Below are positions 15,301 to 29,260 of a DNA stretch of 64,000 nt, in pieces (position 1 is the first letter of the stretch; every line of letters starts with the position of its first letter). Origin of the DNA: Dimorphilus gyrociliatus. Lineage: Eukaryota; Animalia; Annelida. The notes under the pieces were generated by a model, which saw only the letters and a list, made by a program, of their open reading frames with translations, was not told the origin of the DNA and ran no database searches. The DNA lies in NCBI GenBank assembly GCA_904063045.1, contig CAJFCJ010000019.1:1813700-1877699 (forward strand), given 5' to 3'. Made by a program: the position numbers and the translations under genes.

Positions 15301-17298
15301 AATTTGTTCCATTTCACGCTTGTCAATTTTACTTTCAATACTTTCGACATTCTTTTGAACTTCCTCAATTTTCTTAAGACAAAATGAACGACCTTCGTTT
15401 GCAGTGAAATGCATATGTAGAGTCGATTCACTAATAGAATGAATGTAAATACGTAATTAATAAGAGATAATCGGCATTGTTTGTGTTTTGTTATTATACT
15501 ATTCTATTTCATAATTATCCTCCTCCTCCTCCACCACCACCAACCCACTTACATCCCATCTTAGCAGCTAGCTGGTTATATATTATGATATATTTAGAAA
15601 GTAGAACACCGAAAGGGGGCGCTAATAAAACTCAATTTGATATGTATATATATATACTGTATAAATTTATATATACTAAATACATAGTATTTATAATTTG
15701 TAAGATAAAAACACAAACTTTTTGAGGCTGACTCCATTCTGTTGCATGAAATTTTCAATGTTGATTTTAATACTTTTAACAATACACGATGACTGCTCTA
15801 ATGAGAATTTGTCTTCTGCATCGATAGATAACTCCAACAGTTGATCTAAATGTTCATTATAGGTGAAGAAGTGATAGACTGGCATAAAAAGCATTTTCGG
15901 CAGGCAATAAATGAGAGCATCGAACACATAGTTGCCGTATTTCTGCAAATAAGAAAAGACGCCAAAAATAAACGCTGCCAAACAACAGTCTTAAACATCC
16001 AGGCACGCGACTGCACGCATTCCCAGGGTATTCGAGGCAAGCGCCGTATCGGCCTATTAGTTTATAATTATCGGCCCGGAATTTTACTAATCCACTATAG
16101 GAAATGGAAATAATGAGGGGAAATGCAAAAGATGCATTTAAAAGCGATTAAAAAATATATAAGTATTGCCAGATTCCGGTTATATAAATATAGACAAAGT
16201 TGAAAGGAGGCGATCGACTCGGTGCATATCCAGGCACGTCGTCAATGACCTACAAATTAGGCGCAAAAGCAAAGAGTTTAGACATACCTTGAATTCTGTC
16301 GCGACTTCAGGGTAGTCCCTTAGTAACTTATCCAATTCACTTTGTATATTAAGTTCAGGATTGAGAACAGCTTCTGCATATCGCTGATAGATGTAGTATT
16401 CTTCCCCTTCTATCATTTCCATAAAACAATTGCCTATTAAAGGCTTCCCATCGTCTACAGAAAAACCGTCTTCTAAATAATCGTATAGCGTCATAGTTGC
16501 ATCGAGAACATCGTCTATTTCACTAAAGATTTTTTCAACTTGATCTCCAGGAACTTCAAATTTGACTATTGGCTCTTTAAAAACTTTACAAATCATTTTT
16601 AATTCTCTTAAATACTGCGATTCCTTAAGAACAATATCACGAGCCAGTTTGTCATAATTATCATAGGCTGCAGGCTTCGTATACTTGATATCACTGTCGC
16701 ATAGTGAAATCTCGCTTCCCGATTGTCTGATTAGGTGACTTAAATGTTCGTCAGCTCTGATCGCCACGATTATATTTTCCTTCGATATCATATTATTCGG
16801 TTTACTTAGAAGACTCACGAAATTCCCAGCTAACGTTAATATATCTCTAGCGATACATTCTAAAATAGAGACGAAGTAGACAGTGATCTGGTTGTTGAAT
16901 CTATAATCAAAAATGTCTTTGAGCAGTAGCTGATGGATTTTATCTAACGGAAAGATGGATGATGAAGCTTTTGAGCTTCGTTTGCTCTTTTGGTTCATGA
17001 GGTCTAGATTTTCATGAGCTGTCTTTAGGACGGTTACATTTAGGGGTGGCACAAAAAATTTATTGATGAATTTGTCAACATCGTCGCATGTTCTCGGTTG
17101 ATTGGAGCAAAGGCTTTCTAAGACCTTAATTAAAACACTCTGTATATAATCCACGGCATCGCCTTTGATAACTAGACATTCATGTTTGTCTTTATGGATC
17201 TTCTCTATTCCTGGGTATAATAACGAATTCCATTTCTTACAGGTCTCTTTGTTAAATTTTTGACCGCTTATCGAACATTCCCTAGTGAAAGTCTGCAT
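12339..17298 (-). CDS. SOS: Son of sevenless Ras/Rac GEF (histone fold-DH-PH-REM-CDC25-proline-rich tail); last exon end approximate
   Basis: Histone-fold N-terminus (KWNSLL..DAVDYIQ), DH, PH (KERYLFLFDGVLI), REM (IRGATLLKLVEKLT, FLTTYRTF), CDC25 (ELARQVTLLEFDLF, NPPCVPFLG), PPLPPR and LPPKTY motifs. Confidence 0.95.
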
Positions 17299-17963
17299 TC
17301 CCGTCAGTTAATCATGCCTGCAATAAAAAGCGCTCACATTCAAATGAAATACTTCCCTACCGTAACTCGCGCGCCTGCTTGCTGTGAGTCATGCACCTTG
17401 CTTACTGTGCAGCATTCCTTTTGCCTACTACAGCACGTATAAATTTACATTTATTTCCAATGCTCGAAGTAAATGACCGTTTATAGGCCTATACGATTAG
17501 GATCGACCTCGGACAAAAGCTGCACCAACCAGACATTTTTCATTACACGTCGTCCGATCGGTAGGTTTTTCGACGATCTCTTTTGACCGGTCGATCAATG
17601 GGGGCTTTAGGATACTTCCTAAATTATATTAAAGCTTTACCTGTGTAATTATAGCGAAAATCTTGATATGTTACATCCACTGATTGGTGACTGGCACTGA
17701 CTTGTGATACATTGGAAAAACTGGTAAATGTAGCTCGGTTTGAGAAAGCCTGGTACAGGATTCGGCCGCCTGCTTTTATCTCTGTTCGATTTCTTCTAGA
17801 AGTTTCGTACTGTAGCCACATTAAATCTGTGATCTTTTGGAACGGAAGGGTCGGAAGATAAATTATCACGTTTTTGATGAAATTCACTAACACTCTCTGA
17901 TTTTAATTTATAACTTTACTCAAAGGAGAAATTTTCTGGATCCTCAATTGTTTTACTTTTCAC

Positions 17964-18952
17964 ATGTTACGTTTATCTGTAAGAATTGTTTATATATTAT
18001 CGCTCAGTAACTCGTTTTTTTAAAAATTTTATATCAAATTTTAAAAACAGAAGGCTATCTTAAGGACAAATTGTCCATTAAACAGAAAAATTTGGTTAGT
18101 ATTCTTAATTTGTATATTATGACTATCTAGTGTAATTTTCCTGTAACAGCACTTCTACTATTAGTCGAGGGGTTTGGGAACCGGATTATATAAACCAGCC
18201 ACCAGAAATACCTGAATATCAACCTTTAAATATTCAGTTAAGAGGCTACGATTATGTTACATTGGAATCGTTTGCAAGATATGCGCACAGATTATCTGAC
18301 AGATTAGGACTAGACGTTGAAGTGTAAGAACAACAACTTTTTCCCACTTCTAATTAACGAACTACTAATGGACTTGTTTTATCTTATTTTGCAGTTATCC
18401 TGTTCCACCAAGAACAAATTCTGTCAATGTCTTTAAACCGAATTCAACGAAAGTGGCAGATACTTACAAACTATCTAATTATGAAAGAATAATTCGTGTA
18501 AGTATTTATCTATAGTACTAGAGACACCTGGTGGATATTAACTTTATTAAAACTATATTTTTCTTCGTAAAAACGTTCACTTAAATTGACTTTTACTATC
18601 TAAATCAATTTGGATGTTTATAGATCTAACTTTATTTCTTATTTCATTGAAAAGTTAATATTTTAAAAGTAATTCTTGGCTGTGTCTTTAGCTTCTGAAA
18701 ATGCCGTCTAATGTAGCACCAATATTGCTTGACACTCTCCAGTGTAATATGCCGGAAGGAGTCTCGATGACCGTAAAAGAGGTCAGCAATAATTTTATTT
18801 GAATTCCAAAAGTATTTATATATTTCTTATTTGAATATCAGCCGCAAGAGGATGAAGATGAGTTTCGTTATGTTCCTGATCTTATGTTACAAGATTTGTT
18901 TCAACAAGTTGCAGAAATTGACAAAACAAGGGAAGATAGGAAGAAAAAATAG
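17964..18952 (+). CDS. MRPL48: Mitochondrial ribosomal protein L48 (6 exons, not in ORF track)
   Basis: Spliced exons give NIQLRGYDYVTLESFARYAH...YPVPPRT...YKLSNYERIIR...PILLDTLQCNMPEGV...FRYVPDLMLQDL (S10-like fold typical of mL48). Confidence 0.85.
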
Positions 18953-21900
18953 TTGTATTATAAAAATGTATTAATAAAAACACTCTTTGGAATTACAAAG
19001 TAAATCTTTATACTCCTTCTGTCAATTTATTCTCTTTTCTCGTAATTCTTCTTTCATGTAGCTTAAGTAGTGTCACCAAGGCAGTAAAGTTATTTATAGA
19101 TACACAGTTTGTGTTATTAACACATTTGTATTAAATACATTGAACATGCTTATGATTTTAGCTTTAAGAAAAGAAGGTAGATATTACAAGCAAATCTAGA
19201 AAGCAGTCTACATTCTCATACTGTAGACATATGGAAAGTTCGAAGGATAACTCTTTCTAATAATTAATTCTATCTTTAAATTACTTACTTATCAATTTTT
19301 ATCGACCTTAGCTTAGTTAGCTATGTCTCTGAAATTAATTTCTTAGATGTAAGATAGTCTATGAAGAAGAAAATTAGCAAATAAATTGATGAGTATAGGT
19401 GAAGAAAGTATTAAAAAACAATCTGTGTCTCTAAGAGAAAGAATCAATAATAAATATGGTTAGATTAATTTAATTGCTTCATTGATATTCATTAAAAAAT
19501 GGATAATAATTGATAATTCAGAAAGATGTTAAAGCTCTTCATATCTTTTTTTTATGAGGAACAGATTATATTTTCATTTAATGTAAAAAATAACTGAAAC
19601 TTGATTTTCTCTATTTTCTTACTGTTTAAAAATTACTAAATGTTTTGTGGGCAGTTTGTTGATCGATTAATAATTAATTTGCTAGGCTAGTTATCCAATT
19701 ATTATTATTTTATAGTACCAATTTACAGATAGATGTTGAAGAGTGCTTATCTGTTGAGAGTTTATAAGCAGCTGAAAGGCCTGAAGGTTTTCCTTAAATA
19801 GGATTTCCTTTTTATTTTGTAGTCTTGTGGTTTATTAGAGGTATTTAGATTCGACTGTTTTATTTGCTGCTTAGTAACAATATGTACAGAGAAGATATTG
19901 CTCTTTCATTCTTTCATATCGTAAAATCCATCTGTAAAAATTTCATAAAAGAGATATTGAATAATAATAAATCACTAAGTAATAGATAAAAAATGGATTT
20001 TCAAGAAGAAATTAATGAGGAATGCCAAGTTGGAAAGATAAAAAAATGCATAACAAAAGAATGAATGATGTCAAATCAATCCATAATTAATTATGGAACA
20101 AATTTGTTTCATTTTACAGTTATCAATTAGCTTTTAACAATTTTTATCATTCTTTTGAACTTTCTGTAAGTTCTCTAAAGCACATTAATATATTTCCTTC
20201 ATTAGTAGTAAAATGTAAGAAAGTAATTGACTCACTGTTAGTAAGATAAGTAGATAATTCCTGTATGAAATAATCAAATACACTATATATACAGATAAAA
20301 GAATACGTTGTTTGGACATAACTTTTATGCGAACACATTGTAAGCCTGTTATGATTAACTATAGGGAAACAAATTGTTAAATATTAAATCCATTGTGTTT
20401 CATACGCTTTTCGATATTTCTAATAATGTACGATGTTTGTTTGAATGAGTTCCATGGTTTCCTTTGATGGAATTATAATATGATCAAGGTATTTATTGCA
20501 CGTGACTAAGTGATACGTAGAAAATATAAAGTATTTTAGGAAGGCAATAAATAAGAGTTAAGTATGTAGCCTCCATAAGCGTATAATCAGCGGTAATTTA
20601 TAATCAGTAAGTTTGAAATTCCAACTCTTTAGATCTTATGATAATAGTAATTTAGTGGTACAGCATTTGTGATAAAAGTAGTATGGTATCTCATTAAGCC
20701 AAAATTCCTTAGCTCAAAATTTTACCTTAAAAGTTGGTTAATCTTCAAACTCTTGCTTACTTCATTATTAATATTTATATTTAATGGGTTCTTTTAAATA
20801 TTACTTATGAATATATTATTCATCGCCTTGTGTTATATCTTTGTAACAAGCTCCCAAAATATAGTTTTTATCTGTTTTATAACAATTATTTAACAAAACT
20901 AGCAACTCGACTTTAGCTAATTATCCTTAGTTAATTTTATGAATAACTGGATAGTTAAGTCTGAGATATTTATTAGAGCTTTTCTTTTTTATATTTGTTT
21001 ATATTATGTATTTATGATAAAATTATCATTTAAATTAAATGCAAGAAGATTGAATATATTATTTAACAAAGCTGCTTTTCCACTCAAGTGTTATACTCGC
21101 ATTAATGAAAAATCTCAAGGATATTTTATTCATTATATTGTTAAAGAACGTGCAGAAGGAAGGGAATATAGTAGTGCTAATGCGGAATTTAACGTTAAGG
21201 TTAACCGGATTTTAATAAGAAATAATGAAAACTGAAATACCGCTTCCATATTTGCGGTTTAACATTTGGGAAGATTAGGGCTAATTAACTCTTGATTTAG
21301 GAATATGATTTCAAAGGGTAATGGAAACAGGAAACTAACAGATTATTTAACTAGTCGTGTCTTAACATTAGTTCATGTTTAGCGATATGTAAATTTTTAT
21401 GTATGGAAAAGAAAGAGAGTAAGAGAGTGAAAGAACAAGGGAGGGGTGAAGAATTAAAAAGCCTGTAGCAATGTATCAAGATACACTTAATTATAATTCA
21501 ATACTTGGAAATGTGCTATTAGTTATGATCGTTTTGCAGACGAAATCAAATAAAGAAAGTATATTGGATTTTTTCAAATTAAAAGTACTTTTCTATTATT
21601 ATAGTTAATTTTTTATAAAATTTCCAATTGACATTACTCTGAATTCTTGTAAAATAGCTACTTAACCAGATGAGAATAAAGTTTTTAATATCTTTTAATA
21701 TTTAGTTGTTAATATGTAATTAACTGAATGTATAAGAATTAACAGATAAAAAGTATATATAGTATATGAAATTATTTTATATCTTGAAATATTAAGAGAG
21801 TAATATAATTATTTAATAAGTGATGTTGCGAAAGCTCTGGAAAATTTCTGTCAAATAAGAGACATTTCTTTTAACTTAGTTTAATGCATATTTGATTCAT

Positions 21901-21995
21901 TCACAGCAGTTGCAGGCCGGCGACATCTATGTGTGATAATTTATACCTAGGGGAAGGTTGCAAGGCAGAAAGAGGGAGGAGATTAGAGAGAGCTG

Positions 21996-22003
21996 TATAA
22001 AAG
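21996..22003 (+). promoter_or_regulatory. TATA box of opsin gene
   Basis: TATAAAAG 65 bp upstream of the ATG at 22061. Confidence 0.5.
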
Positions 22004-22060
22004 GTAGAAAATGCTTTATTTCTATCTCTGAGCTACGTTGAAGTAGTATTTGTATAAATA

Positions 22061-23361
22061 ATGAATAAATCGGTGTGGAAAGCCGAAGAGTGGAGTCATC
22101 TTGGCTATAATTTAACAGCAACGTGGCTATTTTCCTGTTTCATTTTGGGAACGACTTTAAATATCATTTGTTTGGTTATTCTTTTTAAGATAAAAAGCAT
22201 TTCAACAAATATGAATCCTTTTTTTATAAGTTTGAGTGGGGCAGATTTAGCTGTGTCAGTCTTGGCAACTCCATTCTCATTTATATCAACTGTTTCCAGG
22301 GAGTGGTTGTTCGGTGAAAGTGGATGTACATGGTATGGCTTTATATCGTATTTTGCAGGTAATAGTCCCTAATAGATACACGAAGCAAAAATCTGTAACC
22401 TTCGTTTGCTTAACAGGTCTTACTCAAATAACTACAATAGCTGGAATTTCTTTCGAAAGATATTTAACTGTTGTTAAACCCTTCAACATAGCTACGTCAA
22501 ACTCTAGACGCACAGGAGTTATCATAGGTAGTTGATGAACTGTTTTATCTGTTTGTATTTACAAACCTTTTTGCTTCTAGGTTTTTGCTGGCTGTATTCT
22601 CTAATTATGTCATTACTACCAGTTTTAGGATGGAATAGGTATGTTCCAGAGGCTACGAAGACTTGGTGTTCCATAGACTTTCTAACTAACAATAAAACTG
22701 CTAAATCGTATATTATTTTTATGTTTACTTCAACTTTAATACTGCCGTTTACTATTATTATATTTTCATATTTTTGCCTCTTAAGAAGAGTACGAAAAGT
22801 GAGATTTCTATATTTTACTGTAAGAGTATCTGTCCTGAGTTTCACCGTCGATTTTTCTAATAGCAAGCCCGCCAAACTAGTGCAACATTAGGCAAAGGAA
22901 CTACGGCCGTTTTGGAAAAACGTTTAATTTTAATGATTTCGACTATGGTGATTTGTTTTGTCGCAGCATGGACACCCTATGCAGTAGTCGTCTTAATGGG
23001 AACATTCAAATATAGACATCTTATTGAAGGAAATATAACAGCTCAGACTCTACCATCACTCTTTGCTAAACTATCAAATTGCTACAATCCGTTAATTTAT
23101 CTCGGACTGAACAAACAGGTAAGAATATGAAAGATTTTACACTGGGAGATGAGCTGCAACTAACTTTGTTTGTATGAACAGTTTCAAGAAGCATTAATAA
23201 ACCTATTTAGGATACCAGAAACATCAAGTTTTCTGAGTAGATTAGGAACACCTAGCAGAAGAGAACAAGGAAAATCATCTCGAGCTGGAGATGAGTCTAT
23301 GGAATTACGGAGTAAAAGAGACGATCCAAGCACTTCACATCATCTCCAGCCTTCTAAATGA
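22061..23361 (+). CDS. Ciliary-type opsin (c-opsin), 5 exons
   Basis: 7TM GPCR with ERY, C110/C187 equivalents, E181, retinal Lys in FAKLSNCYNPLIY and NKQ|F motif; introns 22359-22416, 22528-22580, 22799-22863, 23119-23181, three at rhodopsin positions 121/232/312. Confidence 0.9.
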
Positions 23362-24644
23362 AAAGATTCATTCTGTTGACATATACTCTTTTTAACCAAC
23401 TCCTAAAAACAGGTATCATTAGTTAATTGATAATTTAAATTTCCTGGCTACAATATTTGTTTTCTTCTTTAGCACTAGACTATACAGGACTGACAATCAT
23501 CTAAAGTAACTATTTTTAATAGTTTTTAATTAATCTTTTAACTATGTAGTATATCTTGTAAACAACTATAGCTTTTCAGTTCATGTTATTTCTAAATGAT
23601 TTCATCATGCACCTTTATTTAATACACGTTATTTTTTATTTGCTGTGTTTATTTAAAAAAATATATGATTTTCTTACCAAAAGAAGAAGAGGAAATAATT
23701 ATCAATGAATTACATCACGATATCTTATTTTTTGGCATGCAAAATCTCAAATTGTATGTATCATATAACTTCATAAAAAAATTTAGAATAATATTAAATG
23801 CCAATTGGCAGGCAATTTGTAAAATATATAACCTAAAAATCTCTTTGTGCCATTGTTTCAGTTGCACTACTCTTTCATCAATAAATATTTATAATAATAC
23901 ACTCTTTCTTTTAAGCTTATTAAGGTAATAAGGGAACTTTCATGATTCAGCATTATGTCATAGGTAATGTTTTCTTTTCTTTTGTATTAAAGTAAATTCT
24001 TATATGATTATATAACTATTGTAATAAGATAGATTTCTATCTATTGCAGAATGTCAATACGAAATTTTTTAATTCGCTATCTTGATAAGTGAATTTTACA
24101 ATATTCTTAGAACAAACAAGGAGAAAAAAATAGGGATTAGAGTCAATATTCTGTTCTGTTCTACTTTATATTAGTCATATTTATGTAGCTACTTTCCAGA
24201 GACAAACATGGATTTTTATCATCAATCTCCAATTGTAAAGACTCTTCCGCAACAATCGTTAATGTATCGGAAGTAAGCTTATAATTCCGCCTAATTAAGA
24301 TTATATTTCATAAAATGAAATCATTTTCTACAAATGTGAAAGTCAAAAATTTTTATTTTCACTTAAAACTTTCATCTTTCATTTGAAAAGTAAAAAAAAA
24401 TGCTTGCCATAAACAATTATAGCAAAAAAAATCGTATCCTTTTTATTAATAATATACTAGTGTTGCATAAATACTAAACACTATAGTCTACAAAAAAAGC
24501 TAGTATAAATCATAATGATTTCCGAGTGCAAAAACAAAAATATAAAAAGACTATAAAAGAATGACTTTAGTAAATTTTTCCTTTTCTTTTCTTCAAGAGG
24601 CTATCTTAAAAGCTTTTTTTAAACGTTTAAATGTCTTGTATAAA

Positions 24645-27600
24645 TTATTTAATACAAATGCTTCCTTTTGGACGATAACCGGGACAGCATTCAGAGCATC
24701 TTCTATAAAAGTTTAAAACAATTAAGTGTAAAACAGGTATAAAACAATGATAAAAGTAATGCATGCCTCATGTAAAGACGTCCAGCGTAATAGGGGCACT
24801 TGTCCTTATCAGTACATCTTCTCTTTCCACATCCTTCGACTTGAGAATCCCCACAGCTTTGAAAAAAAAAGTTTACAATAAGATGATGCTTAATTGTGAA
24901 AATAAATACATTACTTGTAATATTTTCCATCCTGTGATATGCATTGCCGATAACGCATTTTTATTCCACAGCCACCGCACTCCTTTGAGCAATTAGACCA
25001 GGCAGACCACTCTTCAAATTGGTGAAAAAATAAAGAAAAATTGTAAATTATCACATAATTGAGTTATAAATAGTGTATAATTTATTTCTAACATATATTC
25101 AATTAAACTTACTAGAACTAGAACCAGATGGCTTTGTTGGGGCTACGGTGGTTGTTGCAGGTTTTATTCTATTCTTTCTTCTCTCTATAGACATAATATA
25201 AATATGATAGAATATTAAGTGACAGATCATATATAGCTTTATATTACTTGCTGATTCACATATCTTTTCGGCTATTGATTCAATAATATTATCTAAATGC
25301 TTATAAGAATCAAGGTGAAAAGCGTAAGTGTTATCTGGGTAAGTTATAGAATCTATTTCAGATTTATTTACTCCGGGACCAATACCAATTGTAATTAAAT
25401 CGATATTATCATTCTGGCACCTACGAGCCTCTGGTACAGTTAGTTCTATATCCTTATTGCTAGGGCCATCAGTTATTAAAACGCCTATATTTGCTACATC
25501 CTTTCTATCCGAATGTTGAAAAAGCTCAGTTCTCATTTTATACAATGCTCCAGACGTGTTCGTATATTGATTTTTCCATCTTAAATTTTTCAAGGTAGTT
25601 TTTATGTCAGTAGGATTTTTTGGTACGTTTTTTAGAAAGTTGTATGCAGATGCTTGGTTTCCAAAGGAAACTACACCGTAATTGACGACAGGATATGGTA
25701 GAGAGTCTATAACAAACCAGGTAAAATTTGTCGCGGCATACCAATTAATTTGTCCTACACTGCCTGAAGAGTCTAATAAGAAAGTAACATCGGCCTTTAA
25801 GCAGGAAACTTTTGCTGAATTACCGTTTCTTGGTAAATTTTCAGGTGAGGGAGTTGTTTTAGGGGGATTAGCTGGTAAACTTGAATTTATAGCATGACAG
25901 ATCAATTTTTCTATGCTAGAATATTTGATATCTAGATATTTGTAACCGCTGAATTTTAGAAAGTAATCCTTTTCACCAGGACTATAAATGGAAGACATCT
26001 GTCTGGAATTTACCCATCCAGAGAGTCCAATTACGATGATCTTAGCATCCGAACTTCTTATATCCTGTGCTAAAGAGCTCGCAATATTATCATTTGAACT
26101 ATGACCTCCATCCGTTAAAACGACAACGACTCTTGTAGCCTTAGAGCGACTCTGCAGAATGTTGTAAGTTATTTGTTCAAAAGCTTTAGATATATCTGTA
26201 ACACTTCCGTCGTTCCTCTTTAATTTGCCTATTTCCGAACTCAACCAATTCCAATCATGTTGAGATCGAAAGTTAATTTCAACACTTGCCACCCTGCTGT
26301 AGACTATTACAGCAAATTTTTGCTGCTTTTTATCCTTTGTATATCTCTTTAGAAATTCTTTAACCTTTATCCAGTCTTCTTTTGATACTGTTGAAGAAGA
26401 GTCTATTAAGAATATTATCTCAGCAGAATGACGACAGTATGAAGAAGTCTCATCAAGTTGGCAAATTTCCTTGAAAAAACGGTCTGTATTTGACCTTAGA
26501 TAATCAAAGCCGGGAACTTTAACAATATTATTATCATTCGTAGCTATAGTTTTCATTTCTTCTTCATTAACGAATGGTCCTATGCCTATAACAGATGTCA
26601 TAATATTCTCTTTTCTGAGTAGCTCGGCTTCTCGACTTAGAAGATACTTATCAACATTAGATTCCCCGTCTGTAAATAATAGTATAACACTATTTCTAGA
26701 ATAAAACGATTTAAACATTTCTCGGGCTTGTCTTAAAGCTCCAGAAGTGTTTGTCATCTCATCTTTGAAAGGTAAAGCGGATATAGTCCTTAATAAGGTG
26801 TTGATATTTTGCTCCATGTTAAACTTGTATTTAATAGAAGCCGAGTTACCGAATGTTATAATCGCAATACGAGAACCAGCTCCCATAGGTAATCTTGAAG
26901 CAAAACTAGCTATGAAATTCAATAGCTTATACCAGTTATTATATCCAACTGAACTACTCGAATCCAAGAGAATTATAGCATCCATAAGATTACAATTTAT
27001 GCCATTTGAATTTCCATTCAAGTTGGGTGTATTAGGTATAGGCGGTTCAATAGGAGCGTTTGGAGAGGTTGTATTTAAGCGTTCTATAATAAATTGGAAA
27101 AAGTGATTAAGTTTTTATTTGTGAACCAAAAGCATAAATTATAAACGAATATTAGTTTAGTCTTCCTTAAATATTAACTTAATAAGGAAACGTAAAAGTA
27201 TCGATTTATTTAAAATGCTTGTATATCGTGTTTTATATATTTGTACATTTATAATAATATAGTTTAACATGCCTTTCAGAGAATGAGGACATTGTAAATA
27301 ACAAAAGTAAAAACGTTATATTCTAGGTGAAAGTAAGAATCGTTTCTCACCTGAGAAGATTTCCATTTTAAAACCGGTTCGTCTAAAATTACGTCCAGCG
27401 TTGAATTTACTACGAAATAAAATTAATATTTGATTCCCTGTCGATTCTAATGTTAGGGAAGGTGTATCATAGCCACAAAATCTAGGGCCCAATGCAGCCA
27501 AGTTAGATTTATATCTAACTTCAACCCAGTGTAAACAGGTTGTTGTATCATCGCTATAAACCCTAAACGAGCCAACGAATTGAACTAATAACCTATAACC

Positions 27601-29260
27601 AATTGGTGCTTGAATAAGCCAAGTGCATTCGCTAAAATCCGTATATGATTGACCTGAATCATAGTTTGGTGAAAATATTGTCTCCATGACTTTTAGGTTT
27701 AAAGAGACTTTTCGTCCGCACGACCCTTATTAAAATTAAGTAAATTAATAGAAAATTAATATAGAATTTCAACTAATATACCGTAAATGACGCTTTCGCA
27801 AAAATCTCCTCCAAATCCATCAGGACAAATACATTTATGGCAGTTTTTTGGATCTTGATAGCCAGAGTTAAAACAGTTTCTTGCTAATTGTCTTCCAACG
27901 CATTTCTTATCACAGTATAGTTTGTTTGCTAACTTTGCGTCAAGAAACGATAACTCTGCTCGTTGACCAATTGTTTGTTGATATAATGAGTCTTTAGTTT
28001 CAATTGTAGGTCCATTATTACTGGTATATGCCTTAGAGCTATAATGTAGAACTGAACTATAATCATAATTGATGATATTGTCCGTATCGGTCATTGTCTT
28101 CAACTGAGTTAGATAACTACTGGACATATAGGCATTTTCCTGTCGCACCCTGACATAGTCGTTCCTATCTGAACGTTGGTGTTCATGCCAATAACCAAGA
28201 GCATGACCAATCTCATGAATAGCAATACCAACTTTTCGCAGACATTGAGGAGCTAAATCGATTTGTTGGTAAACGAGTGAGGAAATTCTTCCCACGTACG
28301 ATCCACATGTATAATATTTAGTAAAGTAAAGATGAGTATCTTGACGGTAAGATGAAGGAACCTCTTGAAATGTAATACATGTTTTGGATTCCCAGACCTT
28401 AATTGCTTGTCTTATTACTGCTTTTTGTTCGTGATCTAATAATCGGAAATGACAGAAATTATGATAAAAATTTCTTAGATTGAACGTGTACTTATGCTCG
28501 TTATATATAAACATAGATATAACAATTGTATATAAAGAATACATATAAATTTTATACTGTATATATATATATAAGTATATTTACTGTGTGCTCCATTGAA
28601 CTGATATTTTATAGGTAAAGTCCATTTTAGCACGCCATTTCTGATACCTTTGTCTGCTTTGCGCTTCTTTCTCCGATTTTTCTTAGTGAAAAGTTTCTCC
28701 AACATATCCCTTGTAAAAAATATTTCATCATTTTCTGCTTTATTGAAAACTTCATCGCTGGAGAAACTAGCCCCCTCACGCAATGAGTCAAGATGTTTTG
28801 CATCACCCTCAGCCTCCTTTCTTAATTGTTCCAATTTAGATTTGACTTCATTACACTCCACCTCTGGCAATCCATGGCACGTACGCAAATCTCCTTTGAT
28901 GTGTTGAACGCTTTCTTCTACCTAAGAAATTCACTTAATAAACTTATGATCATGCATATTTATTGAATAATTAGCTTATTATCTATTAATGGTTCATTAA
29001 TGTTTTTAGATTTATACCGGAATGGGAAGGAAAATAAGTGAACTTGATATAGTCCTGAAGAAAGAACATTTAAAAATCCATTTAGTCACGACACGATTAT
29101 ACTGTATTACAGTATTTATTATGACTGTAAAAACCCACAATTCTATTAACGTAAAAAAATAATCGTTACGTTTGAGACTACTCAGTCGGGTAAGAAGAGA
29201 GCAGCAGGAAATGATTAATATAAGGATATGACATATTACTATTATTATTGAAACTTTATC
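24645..29260 (-). CDS. Astacin metalloprotease: prodomain-astacin-EGF-CUB-3xVWA-TSP1-Cys tail (first exon uncertain)
   Basis: HEIGHALGYWHEHQRSDR zinc motif; EGF (CFNSGYQDPKNCHKCICPDGFGGDFC); CUB; three VWA with LDSSSS/IDSSST/LDSSGS and TDG motifs; TSP1 WSAWSNCSKECGGCG; stop at 24645. Confidence 0.9.

Noticed and set aside
19000-21900. Scattered short ORFs (20147-20338, 20939-21235) and exon-like bits
   Set aside because: No coherent splice chain or recognisable motif; probably opsin regulatory DNA
23665-24300. Short ORFs between opsin and astacin 3' ends
   Set aside because: No homology or consistent exon structure; the astacin already stops at 24645
29220-29232. ATATCCTT, a U12-type AT-AC donor-like motif on the minus strand
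   Set aside because: No TCCTTAAC branch site or suitable AC end found; no U12 intron could be supported in this window
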